A stretch of 64,000 nucleotides of DNA, from the IMG/VR virus record IMGVR_UViG_3300037067_004901, positions 41,538 through 105,537 of that record; one strand, given 5' to 3'. Positions 10,249-19,137 of the stretch are shown here, piece by piece (positions within the stretch are counted from its first letter, which is position 1; each line of letters opens with the position of its first letter). The stretch is from a virus. Its lineage: Duplodnaviria > Caudoviricetes. The position numbers and the translations under genes were made by a program. A model generated the notes under the pieces. The model had not been told where the DNA came from. It was given only the letters and a program-made list of their open reading frames with translations, and made no database searches.

Positions 10249-10339
10249 ATTTTAATAGAGATAATATGATTGAAATATGCGAGTTGTGTAAAGAATGTCC
10301 ATATAAGAATATTTGTACTGAAACAGATAAATATGTGGA

Positions 10340-10681
10340 GTGTATATGACAGATGAAGAAATATTACAAAAAGTAATCATCAAAGCAGAGAAGAATGGGT
10401 ATAAAGGTCATATGCAGTATCTTCCCATGTTTCTCAAACGAGACCCAAGTAAAAAGAAAAAACTTTCTAAAAAAGATTTCATGAAGTTTATGTCTCGTAT
10501 TTGGTTTATTCATAAGAACGATATAATTTACTCACACGAATTTGCAAAAGCGTTTTTTGGTGAAAAAAAACATATGGAGTGTTGTGGGTCATTAGGTAAT
10601 AATTTAAAAGAATATCAATATTACTTAATGTGGTTAGTTAAAATTCCACACCCTATAATAGAACTGGAAAAATTTTTATGA
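10340..10681 (+). CDS. Hypothetical phage protein
   Basis: ORF track; IIYSHEFAKAFFG. Confidence 0.6.
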   Translation: MYMTDEEILQKVIIKAEKNGYKGHMQYLPMFLKRDPSKKKKLSKKDFMKFMSRIWFIHKNDIIYSHEFAKAFFGEKKHMECCGSLGNNLKEYQYYLMWLVKIPHPIIELEKFL

Positions 10682-10785
10682 CAATAAAAACTGTAATAAA
10701 GAATGGTAAAATTGTAATTAAAGATAAACATATCACACATAGACCAAAAAAATCACCGTGTGGTCAAAGAGTTAAAAAAATATGA

Positions 10786-10862
10786 GCGCGGTTTGTGTTA
10801 ATGTTCGAGCATGTCAGTCTTCCAAACTGAAGGGGAGAGTTAAAGTCTCTCACCGCGCACCA
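10786..10862 (+). tRNA. tRNA-Gly(TCC), atypical D/T loops
   Basis: GCGCGGT/ACCGCGC, TCAGT-CTTCCAA-ACTGA, CCA. Confidence 0.85.
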
Positions 10863-10867
10863 AAATT

Positions 10868-11143
10868 ATGAAACTATTAACATTATTTTCTATATCTATA
10901 ACATTAATTAGTTTTCAGTTCGGATTTTTCTTTATCCAACAGCAACACAATGAATATAAGATGAATGATATTTTGAATTATTGTGAAAAAGTTAAGGATA
11001 AACTTGATATCAGTATTATAGATGAGCAAATTACAAGAAAAGAAGCTCAAATTTATATTAAATCAATACAAAAAGATATAGAACGTAATAGTGTAATAAA
11101 AAAACGCCCGCATAGCTTAGTTGGTAAAGCAGTAGTTTTGTAA
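10868..11143 (+). CDS. Hypothetical membrane protein
   Basis: N-terminal hydrophobic helix. Confidence 0.5.
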   Translation: MKLLTLFSISITLISFQFGFFFIQQQHNEYKMNDILNYCEKVKDKLDISIIDEQITRKEAQIYIKSIQKDIERNSVIKKRPHSLVGKAVVL

Positions 11144-11180
11144 ACTTCAGACAGCCGTTCGATTCGACTTGTGGGCTCCA
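11106..11180 (+). tRNA. tRNA-Thr(TGT)
   Basis: GCCCGCA/TGTGGGC, TGT anticodon, TTCGATT, CCA. Confidence 0.85.
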
Positions 11181-11377
11181 ATAAAATGAGAAAAAATGCA
11201 TATAAAAACTGAAAAAGGTCTTGAAATCGAATTAAATGTTGAAGAAATAAGGCATTTTAAAATAAACAATGCAAAATCACTTAAAACTTTTGTTTCAGAG
11301 CTTGTTGAGAACGAGAAGAAGATTGGGTTTCACGCGCATAAAGACGAACCAACGAAAAAGTAAAGGAAAAATTAAAA

Positions 11378-11719
11378 ATGCACGAAGAAATAGTAAAAAA
11401 ACCATGGGGCGAAGAATCAATTCTGCATATAACAGATAAAACGAAGTTAAAATATATATCTGTTAAGAAAGATGAAGCATTAAGTTTACAATATCATGAG
11501 AAAAAAAGAGAATTTATCGTTTGTATTAGCGGTGAAGTTCTTATACAAGTAGAAAATGATGTATTTAAGTGCAAAGAAAACGATAATTTTTTTGTAGATG
11601 TAAATAAAAAACATAGAATCGTAGCAATTACTGATGTAGAAATAGTTGAACTATCTGTTGGTGATGATAGTGATATTATACGAATAGAAGATAAGTATGG
11701 ACGCACAACAAAAGTATAA
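11378..11719 (+). CDS. Cupin, mannose-6-phosphate isomerase type II-like
   Basis: KPWG...LSLQYHEKKRE...HRI...DIIRIEDKYGR. Confidence 0.8.
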   Translation: MHEEIVKKPWGEESILHITDKTKLKYISVKKDEALSLQYHEKKREFIVCISGEVLIQVENDVFKCKENDNFFVDVNKKHRIVAITDVEIVELSVGDDSDIIRIEDKYGRTTKV

Positions 11720-11885
11720 AATACTGAACAAACTAGCGTATAATTGCGCAGAAATATATAAATATTTTCACACACCAAAATCAAATGACTTTAATTGGAA
11801 GAAAGCAGAAGAAGCACTTGAATTAGATAAAAGAATAAATGGCGAAGATTTTTTATTATGTATGTTAGAGGAGACTAATGGCTAA
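11697..11885 (+). CDS. Hypothetical protein
   Basis: ORF track, operon packing. Confidence 0.45.
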   Translation: MDAQQKYKILNKLAYNCAEIYKYFHTPKSNDFNWKKAEEALELDKRINGEDFLLCMLEETNG

Positions 11886-12048
11886 AATTAAAGTTTTAAT
11901 CAATAAAAAGAACGCAGAAGGTTGTGATACAGGTGATAGAATAACAGTCGAAGCAGATTTTTTAAAAGATAATGCTACGAACATTCTAGTGAAATTACCA
12001 GATGGTAATATAGTCACCAGAAAAAAGAAACGCGATATAATAATGTAA
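11878..12048 (+). CDS. Hypothetical protein (56 aa)
   Basis: SD GAGGAG before ATG. Confidence 0.5.
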   Translation: MAKIKVLINKKNAEGCDTGDRITVEADFLKDNATNILVKLPDGNIVTRKKKRDIIM

Positions 12049-12088
12049 TTAAGGAAATAGCAGTTTAATAAAAATTTTAAAAAAATAC

Positions 12089-12117
12089 TTGACAAAATCA
12101 CATTTATGTGTTATACT
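12089..12117 (+). promoter_or_regulatory. Consensus sigma70 promoter for the Zn-ribbon/Y-RNA/TROVE unit
   Basis: TTGACA-17 bp-TATACT with TG. Confidence 0.8.
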
Positions 12118-12166
12118 TACTATAATAGAAAAGAAAACGTAAGATTATTTAAAAATCGGGGATAAA

Positions 12167-12403
12167 ATGGCAGAAAATGAAAAGGATTTTAAAGTTAATA
12201 TAAAATGTCCATCTTGTCAAACTATAAATAAAGTAGACTATTCTACTTTTAAGATGGCAATGCTTGCAAACCATTTTTATAGATATACATGTGATAATGA
12301 TAAATGTAAATCAAGATTTTTAGTTACTTATAAAATGATGTTTGTACCAATCAAAAGCAATCAGCTCCCTGAACAAGCTTTTGAATCTTTGATAATCGAA
12401 TAA
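12167..12403 (+). CDS. Zn-ribbon protein
   Basis: CPSC...CDNDKC. Confidence 0.65.
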   Translation: MAENEKDFKVNIKCPSCQTINKVDYSTFKMAMLANHFYRYTCDNDKCKSRFLVTYKMMFVPIKSNQLPEQAFESLIIE

Positions 12404-12407
12404 GATT

Positions 12408-12491
12408 TTGGGTGGCGTAGATGAGACTTACTTCGTATGATACACGCATGTGGCGTCGAGCCACAGTCTGTTTCATCGCTTGTTCCCCCAA
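12408..12491 (+). ncRNA. Y-RNA-like unit 1
   Basis: GGTGGCGTAG...TTACTTC...CGCTTGTTCCC, paired ends, upstream of TROVE. Confidence 0.75.
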
Positions 12492-12498
12492 TTCATTT

Positions 12499-12587
12499 TA
12501 AGGTGGCGTAGATTAGGGTTACTTCATACTCAGAGAGTTCGGGCAATTTCCCGGACATAAAAAGTCCCTTATCGTTTGTTCCCCTTA
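12499..12587 (+). ncRNA. Y-RNA-like unit 2
   Basis: GGTGGCGTAG...TTACTTC...CGTTTGTTCCC. Confidence 0.75.
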
Positions 12588-12594
12588 TTAAAAT

Positions 12595-12655
12595 TGCGGT
12601 GACGTAGGCAAGACATACTTCGGCTATGAAAAAGTCTTGTCGCTTGATTCCCGCA
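12595..12655 (+). ncRNA. Y-RNA-like unit 3 (minimal)
   Basis: GGTGACGTAG...ATACTTC...CGCTTGATTCCC. Confidence 0.7.
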
Positions 12656-12667
12656 TCGTTCTTTTAA

Positions 12668-13005
12668 AACTGTATTGGGTGCCGTAGAATACGTGATACT
12701 TCGTATACTGACAAGTAATGTAAGCGCATAATAAATGAGATATAAGCGCGCTTGATATTTAATGATATAAGAATAGACTTACAAAGTTGAAAACTTGTAT
12801 CATTATGTAAGCAAAGCATTCTTCTACATGTCTTGCATGCGACATTGCTTTTATAGAATGTGTAACAATAAGATGTGACGGTAAACCGCGTTATAAATTG
12901 TCATGTGAACGCCTAGCGTGAGCATAGACAACTTACTATAACAGTTAAGGTTCCCAGCCGTTAAATGGACCAAGCTCACTGTTCGCTTGTTGCCCCTATA
13001 TAGTT
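12668..13005 (+). ncRNA. Y-RNA-like unit 4 with ~280-nt insert
   Basis: GGTGCCGTAG...ATACTTC...CGCTTGTTGCCC with an extended terminal stem. Confidence 0.65.
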
Positions 13006-13029
13006 CTAAAATAAAAAAAGGAGATAAAA

Positions 13030-14553
13030 ATGTCAAGATTTAATCAATCTACAAAAACTGTAAAATCTTCTAAAACTGTAAATGCAGAAGGTGCAGAAGC
13101 ATACACTTTAACACCAAAGTTAGAGTTGTATTCGCTTGCTTGTACTTTTCTTGGACAGGATAAATTTTATGAGAAAGCAGATAAGCAATTAAAAAGGCTT
13201 GTAGAACTGATTAAAAAGAATGACCCGGAATTTGTCGCGAAATTGGCTGTATATGTTCGCGAGAAAATGTATTTGAGAACATTACCACTTGTATTGTCTG
13301 TTGAATTAGCCAAAGTACATAGTGGTGACAATCTAGTATCTCGTGCTGTTGAGCGCGTTATACAACGTGTTGATGAATTAACAGAGATACTTGCATATTA
13401 TCAATTTTCAAACAACAGAAAGGATGTAAAAAAACTTTCTAAACTTTCCAAACAAATCAGATTAGGTATTGCAAATGCTTTTAATAAATTTGATTCTTAT
13501 CAATTCTCTAAATATAATCGAGATAATGAGATTAAACTAAAAGACGCTTTATTTATTTCGCATCCGTTTCCAAAAGATAACAAACAAGAAAATATTTTTA
13601 AAAAGATAGTAGATGATACTTTAGAAGTTCCATATACTTGGGAAGTAGAGCTATCGCGTTTAGGTCAACAAAAGTTCGATACAGAAGAAGCGAAAGCAGA
13701 AGCAGTTTCTAAGAAATGGGAAGAACTGATAGCTAGCAATAAACTTGGTTATATGGCTACTCTAAGAAATTTAAGAAATATCTTGGATGCTAAAGTCTCT
13801 ACTATTTATATAGAGAAAGTCTGTCAGTATTTATCGAATGCAAAAGCTGTAAGAAATTCCAAACAGTTACCTTTTAGATTTTTCTCTGCATATAGAGAAT
13901 TAGAAGGGAATGCTTCGAAACATACTGACAAAATACTTTTTGCTTTAGAAGAAGCAGTTAAGATAAGCATAGAGAACATACCAACCCTTAATGGTGATGT
14001 TCTGATTGCTTGTGATGTGTCTGGGTCTATGCAAACTCCTATCTCTGCTAAATCTAAAGTTGAACGTTACGATATTGGGTTATTGTTAGGACAGTTGTTA
14101 AGATTGAAATGTGAAAACAATATACTTGGTATCTTTGGAGATACGTTTAAAGTAAAAAGAACAACTAGCAAAGAACTACTATCGAATACAATGAGACTTC
14201 ACGATATTGAAGGCGAAGTAGGGTATTCTACTAATGGTTATCTAGTGATAGATTGGTTGATAAAAAACAAAGTAGTGATGGATAAAGTAATAATGTTCAC
14301 TGATTGTCAGATGTGGGATAGTAGATATGGGAACACTCAAAACTTCGCTGATTATTGGAGAACATATAAACAGATTGCACCAAAAGCAAAACTTATTCTC
14401 TTTGATATGGCTGGATATGGAAATACTCCTATAGACACAAAAACAAATGATGTGTATTTGATAGCAGGATGGAGTGATAAAATATTCGATATGATAGAAG
14501 CATATGAAAATAAAGAAAGTGCTGTCAAAGAAATAGAAGCGATGGAGATATGA
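13030..14553 (+). CDS. TROVE-domain RNA-binding protein (Ro60/Rsr ortholog)
   Basis: N-terminal NAEGAEAY, LGYMATLRNLRN, PFRFFSAY, vWA MIDAS DVSGSM, FTDCQ, IAGWSD. Confidence 0.93.
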   Translation: MSRFNQSTKTVKSSKTVNAEGAEAYTLTPKLELYSLACTFLGQDKFYEKADKQLKRLVELIKKNDPEFVAKLAVYVREKMYLRTLPLVLSVELAKVHSGDNLVSRAVERVIQRVDELTEILAYYQFSNNRKDVKKLSKLSKQIRLGIANAFNKFDSYQFSKYNRDNEIKLKDALFISHPFPKDNKQENIFKKIVDDTLEVPYTWEVELSRLGQQKFDTEEAKAEAVSKKWEELIASNKLGYMATLRNLRNILDAKVSTIYIEKVCQYLSNAKAVRNSKQLPFRFFSAYRELEGNASKHTDKILFALEEAVKISIENIPTLNGDVLIACDVSGSMQTPISAKSKVERYDIGLLLGQLLRLKCENNILGIFGDTFKVKRTTSKELLSNTMRLHDIEGEVGYSTNGYLVIDWLIKNKVVMDKVIMFTDCQMWDSRYGNTQNFADYWRTYKQIAPKAKLILFDMAGYGNTPIDTKTNDVYLIAGWSDKIFDMIEAYENKESAVKEIEAMEI

Positions 14554-14972
14554 TTGAACAGTTTTCAAAAGAATATATAAATTTTTTAGAAAAGAATAAA
14601 CTATTGCCACTGGATGAAACTGCAAAATATCTAAATATACACCCCGCAACGTTACGTACATTAGTTAAAAGAAACGAAATAAAAAGTGTAAAAATAGGTA
14701 AAAGATATTATTTTAATTTAGAAGATATTAAAAATAATAACAGTAAAGTTGTGTATCCAAGTGGCATAAGTGTTAGTAATGGATATCTGAAAGTTCTTGT
14801 TGGAAAAGATTTCCCAAACGCTGATTTAGATGGATATATTGCTTTACATAAATTAATATTAGAAGCTTCTTTATTAAGACGATTATTACCAACAGAAGAA
14901 ATACTTCATAATGATGGTAATACTATGAATAATTTATTAAGTAATTTATTAATAAAGATAGTAAATTCGTGA
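14550..14972 (+). CDS. Excisionase-type HTH fused to degenerate HNH domain
   Basis: ETAKYLNIHPATLR...KIGKRY; GYIALHKLI...EEILHNDGN...NLL. Confidence 0.65.
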   Translation: MIEQFSKEYINFLEKNKLLPLDETAKYLNIHPATLRTLVKRNEIKSVKIGKRYYFNLEDIKNNNSKVVYPSGISVSNGYLKVLVGKDFPNADLDGYIALHKLILEASLLRRLLPTEEILHNDGNTMNNLLSNLLIKIVNS

Positions 14973-15160
14973 TTAAAGAAAATATAAAAAATAATTTTTA
15001 CAATAAAAAATGTTGTTTTATATGTAAAAAAATATTTACAAAAAGAGATAAAATAGAAAATAATATAATCGAAGTTTTTGATACATCATTTGGTTGTGCC
15101 GTTAAAATACATAAACAGCACAACAATTTTTTTGTAGGAGGTATGGATAATGCCATATAG
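14969..15160 (+). CDS. Hypothetical protein
   Basis: ORF track, overlapping starts/stops. Confidence 0.45.
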   Translation: MIKENIKNNFYNKKCCFICKKIFTKRDKIENNIIEVFDTSFGCAVKIHKQHNNFFVGGMDNAI

Positions 15161-15404
15161 TTCTATTAATGAAATACCTGATTATGTAAAAAAGAAAACA
15201 AAAAATTCTAAAAAACGTAGACAATGGATGCAAGTTTTTAATAGTGTATATAGACAAACGAGAAGCGAAGCACGAGCTTTCGCGGCAGCTAATGCAGTAA
15301 TGAGTAGAAAGAAAGAATATACAAAAGAAGAAGTAAATAGTATTATCAAAGATTATATAAATTGTAATAGAAAAGGTAAGTTTATAGAAGAAGATGAAAT
15401 ATAA
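15150..15404 (+). CDS. ChaB-like protein
   Basis: MPYSSINEIPDYVK...WMQVFNSVY...EARAFAAA. Confidence 0.65.
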   Translation: MPYSSINEIPDYVKKKTKNSKKRRQWMQVFNSVYRQTRSEARAFAAANAVMSRKKEYTKEEVNSIIKDYINCNRKGKFIEEDEI

Positions 15405-16309
15405 TGGCCGTAGAAAAAAGAAAAGAATCTGTTGATTTTTCTGATAAAGAAAAAGATAATATCAATACTGAATCAGAACAAAACAAAGATAATATTGTTA
15501 TTGCAGTAGAGCCATTGGTATCACACAAAAGAAATGCTTTAAAATTTGATAGTGGTAAAATATCTGATTTAAAATATCTAGAAGATATATTTTCTTCAGA
15601 TTACGATAAATTTCATTCATTAGATTTTTTAAAAAAAATTCATGCCGAATTACTCTCACAAGGATATCCACAAACCCCAGCATTAAACGAATATTTATTT
15701 TGGACAACCATTTCTAGAAGAATGCAGATTATCTATCAAGAAAATCATAAAAAAGAAATGGGAGAATTAGAAGAAGGTGAATCCTTAAAAGGTATTGAAG
15801 ATTTAAAATTCTTAGATTCATTACAAAGTGTAGCTGAACATGTTACGGCATTGCAAAAAGTTATAGATGTTTCTTTAGAGACAGCTAAACAAGTTAAAGA
15901 TGTTGTAGATTTACATAAAGAAACATGTGAACGAGCAGAAAAGTTTTTAGCGGCACATTTTGGGGAATATGTAAAGAGACATTCAGCTAGTGGTAAAATA
16001 ACAGATATCATAGATAAAGCTTATTGGGCTTTTATACAGGATGTTATTTATAAAGAAGATGGTATAGAAAACGTAGATTATGTTTGGTCTGAAGAATTAA
16101 AATTTTTAATTGATAAAAAAATAATACCAGTAGAAATTATGGCTTTTATATTGCGTACTAGTATAGAATCATTGTATAATACTGCAAAGATTAGAAAAGA
16201 TGAAATGATAGAAATTGACAAAGAAAAAGCTGAAAAAAATCTAAAAGAACTTATGTTAGAATTTGAATTATTACGTGATGCAAAAGATAGAGAAATATTA
16301 GAGAAATGA
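15404..16309 (+). CDS. Hypothetical protein (possible terminase small subunit)
   Basis: Immediately upstream of TerL; position only. Confidence 0.4.
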   Translation: MAVEKRKESVDFSDKEKDNINTESEQNKDNIVIAVEPLVSHKRNALKFDSGKISDLKYLEDIFSSDYDKFHSLDFLKKIHAELLSQGYPQTPALNEYLFWTTISRRMQIIYQENHKKEMGELEEGESLKGIEDLKFLDSLQSVAEHVTALQKVIDVSLETAKQVKDVVDLHKETCERAEKFLAAHFGEYVKRHSASGKITDIIDKAYWAFIQDVIYKEDGIENVDYVWSEELKFLIDKKIIPVEIMAFILRTSIESLYNTAKIRKDEMIEIDKEKAEKNLKELMLEFELLRDAKDREILEK

Positions 16310-17934
16310 AATTAGACCCAGAAATAAAACGTGCATTAGCATATTATATAGTAATGAAGCATCAAATAGAGTTTGAAAACTTTTTTGGTCCTATTGCATG
16401 GCAAAAACCATTTAAAGTTCGTTATTATCAATATGGATATACCATTGCAGATGATTGTGTTGTTTATGGTGGTCGTTCTTTTGGAAAATCTATTACACTA
16501 GAATTTAATATGGCGCAAAATGCTATTAATATATATAACGAAGAAAGTTTATTAACTACTTTTAGACGTATGCATATAAAAGATAGATTTGAGAAAGTCA
16601 TATCTTATTTTACTAGAATCCCTTACTTCAGAAAATTTTTAAAAGGTGCTGGTGATAAATCCACAAAAGAATCTATAACGAGAACACCGTTTTATGATAT
16701 ACACTTGCGTAATGGGCACTCTCTTAAAGGTATTAGTGTTGGTGACGACCCATTAGCTGTAGCTATACAAGGTACTCACCCAGTAAGAAGATATATAGAC
16801 GAAACACAAATGTTTCCAAGAGAAGCTTGGGTAAAGTTTCAATCTACAAGAGACCCAAAAGGTAGCAATGATAAATACTTTGGATGTTGTGATGGAAGAA
16901 TCACTACTCCATATTATGAACTAGAAAAATCTAGAAAGTTTAAAAATAAAAGATTTCATGTACCAAGATTATACGAACCATATTTTAATCAAGAAGATAA
17001 ATTTAATTTAATACAAACACTAGGTTCTGAAAATAGTAATGAATATTTACAACAAGTGCTTGCATTGCATGGAGAACCAGAATGGGCTGTATGGCCAGAA
17101 GAATCAATAAGAGCTTGTATCGATAAGACAGAAGTTAAAGTGGGAACCGGGATATTGTCTCATCATATTGATTTTATAACTATATCTGCAAAAGATTATA
17201 AAGATTCTGGTAATCCAATGTTATTTTTACAATCATTAAAAATACCAAAAGGTGTTACAGAAACAATATTAGCTATAGATGCTGGATATTCAGAACCGAC
17301 AGTAGTATTACCTTTTATGAGAATTAATCATAAGTGGCACTTATATACTATTATAGAATTAATTGATAGAATGATACCGGATGACCAAACAGAAATTATA
17401 GATTATATTGCAAATTTTTATAATGCAATGATAATACCGATAGATTGTACATCTGCTGATGGGCGCGCAGTAGCATCATCATTACAAAATCCAAAACGGG
17501 AAGAATATAAAAATAAGAATTATGACAAGAGAGTTATTTGGGTAGAATTTAATAAATATTTTGAAGTAGGCAAAAGAATAAATGAAAAAACACAAGAAGA
17601 AGAACCAATTAAAGAAAAGGTTAAAGATAAGACAACGACTGTATTAAGACAAATGTTTGCGAATCAAGATTTTTTTATGTATTATTCTGAAGAATTACTT
17701 GTACAATTTAATGCAGAAAGTCAACGAAGAACAAGTGCTGGTAGAATTGAAATTAAAACTCCTGATTGGGTGCATATTCCAGAAGCGTTTCGTTGTTTTG
17801 CGGCTGCATATTACGAAAAATATATGAATGTTAAACCAGAAATAGAAGAAGATGAGTATGGTGAAATGGCGCATGCAGAAAATATTGAATTAAATTTTAC
17901 AATTTTTTCTGATAATAAGGATAGATATGAATAA
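16306..17934 (+). CDS. terL: Terminase large subunit
   Basis: Walker A GGRSFGKS, Walker B YIDE, nuclease LAIDAG. Confidence 0.85.
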   Translation: MKLDPEIKRALAYYIVMKHQIEFENFFGPIAWQKPFKVRYYQYGYTIADDCVVYGGRSFGKSITLEFNMAQNAINIYNEESLLTTFRRMHIKDRFEKVISYFTRIPYFRKFLKGAGDKSTKESITRTPFYDIHLRNGHSLKGISVGDDPLAVAIQGTHPVRRYIDETQMFPREAWVKFQSTRDPKGSNDKYFGCCDGRITTPYYELEKSRKFKNKRFHVPRLYEPYFNQEDKFNLIQTLGSENSNEYLQQVLALHGEPEWAVWPEESIRACIDKTEVKVGTGILSHHIDFITISAKDYKDSGNPMLFLQSLKIPKGVTETILAIDAGYSEPTVVLPFMRINHKWHLYTIIELIDRMIPDDQTEIIDYIANFYNAMIIPIDCTSADGRAVASSLQNPKREEYKNKNYDKRVIWVEFNKYFEVGKRINEKTQEEEPIKEKVKDKTTTVLRQMFANQDFFMYYSEELLVQFNAESQRRTSAGRIEIKTPDWVHIPEAFRCFAAAYYEKYMNVKPEIEEDEYGEMAHAENIELNFTIFSDNKDRYE

Positions 17935-18199
17935 TAGTGAGATTCCTGTAGGTGTATTAATAATTACTAAAATAGTAAAAAAGGGTGCAAGAATATATCA
18001 AACTGGTAGTAAACGCCCTATTGCTATAGCAGAAGAAAATTTTTTAGTTGGTGATATGGGGATTCTTGATTACTCTACATCATATCCAATAGATGTCAGA
18101 AATAAATTATTAATATTACCTGGTCTAAAAAAAAATGCAAATCTAGAGAAATACATAAAAAACTTAGTGGAGAAAAAATGTCCGAACAAGAAAAAATAA
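17927..18199 (+). CDS. Hypothetical protein
   Basis: ORF track. Confidence 0.5.
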   Translation: MNNSEIPVGVLIITKIVKKGARIYQTGSKRPIAIAEENFLVGDMGILDYSTSYPIDVRNKLLILPGLKKNANLEKYIKNLVEKKCPNKKK

Positions 18200-18429
18200 T
18201 AACACAAGAAGAAAGAATTAAACAATTATTATCTAAATATGCTTCTTTTATAAATCAATCACACGAAGAAAAAATAAAAATTGTAAGATTATGTGGTATA
18301 CTTTCATATTTAGAGGCATTAAAATCACAAAATATGAATATAGATGGCGCTATAAAGCAATTAGAAAATTTTTTAGATAAAATCATATTACCTTATATAG
18401 GAGGTGATACAAATGGCAAAAAAACCTAA
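18178..18429 (+). CDS. Hypothetical protein
   Basis: ORF track. Confidence 0.5.
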   Translation: MSEQEKIITQEERIKQLLSKYASFINQSHEEKIKIVRLCGILSYLEALKSQNMNIDGAIKQLENFLDKIILPYIGGDTNGKKT

Positions 18430-18472
18430 TGGTGGCAAAAAAAGTGGAAAGGGTGGTGGGTGTGGACGTTAA
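18413..18472 (+). CDS. Lys/Gly-rich micropeptide MAKKPNGGKKSGKGGGCGR
   Basis: Strong SD GGAGGTG before the ATG at 18413. Confidence 0.5.
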   Translation: MAKKPNGGKKSGKGGGCGR

Positions 18473-19001
18473 AGATTATTTAAAAAAATATTTAAATGAA
18501 AATTTAAAAGAAAAAGTATTATTAATGTATGATGCCATACAAGAAGATTTTTCGCATTGGCCTGCTAGTATTAAATACCATCATAATTATGAAGGTGGTC
18601 TTTACAAACACACACAAGAAGTTATTGAATCTGGTTTAAAACTATATAAAACATTTGAAGAAGACTTTAAAAAGAAATTAATTACAGAATCAGATATAGT
18701 TTTTGTATGCTTTATACATGATTTGGAAAAACTTACAAAATATAATGATAATAAAAAATTTGATTCTGAAAACTGGCAGGCCAATGTATATGAATTTGAA
18801 TTTAATAATAATAAATTAGATTGTCATGATAGCGCGAAAGTTGTTAATATTTGTGCAAAGTATGGAATTTTTTTATCCGATAAACAACTTAACGCAGTTT
18901 CTTATCATCATGGTGGCTGGACTAAAGATGGAGGAAAAATGCATGCATTAGCTGTATTATTGCATATGTCAGATTTAATGAGTGCAAATGTCAAATCATA
19001 A
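18429..19001 (+). CDS. HD-domain phosphohydrolase (YhaM-like)
   Basis: PASIKYHHNYEGGLYKHT, IHDLEK, YHHG, HMSD. Confidence 0.85.
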   Translation: MVAKKVERVVGVDVKDYLKKYLNENLKEKVLLMYDAIQEDFSHWPASIKYHHNYEGGLYKHTQEVIESGLKLYKTFEEDFKKKLITESDIVFVCFIHDLEKLTKYNDNKKFDSENWQANVYEFEFNNNKLDCHDSAKVVNICAKYGIFLSDKQLNAVSYHHGGWTKDGGKMHALAVLLHMSDLMSANVKS

Positions 19002-19137
19002 GGAGATGTTATGGCAAATTATTGTATTAATTTAGAAAAATCTGAAAACTGTAAATTTTTATTTAGAGGTGTTGTTATTGGCACTGATAAAAAATTATGT
19101 AATATTTTATCAGGTGTAAAACCATGTCTTACGGAAT

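Noticed and set aside
12408-13005. CRISPR array interpretation of the repeated units
   Set aside because: Units are degenerate, pair end-to-end around inserts of 12-280 nt, and no cas genes are present; the adjacent TROVE gene explains them better.
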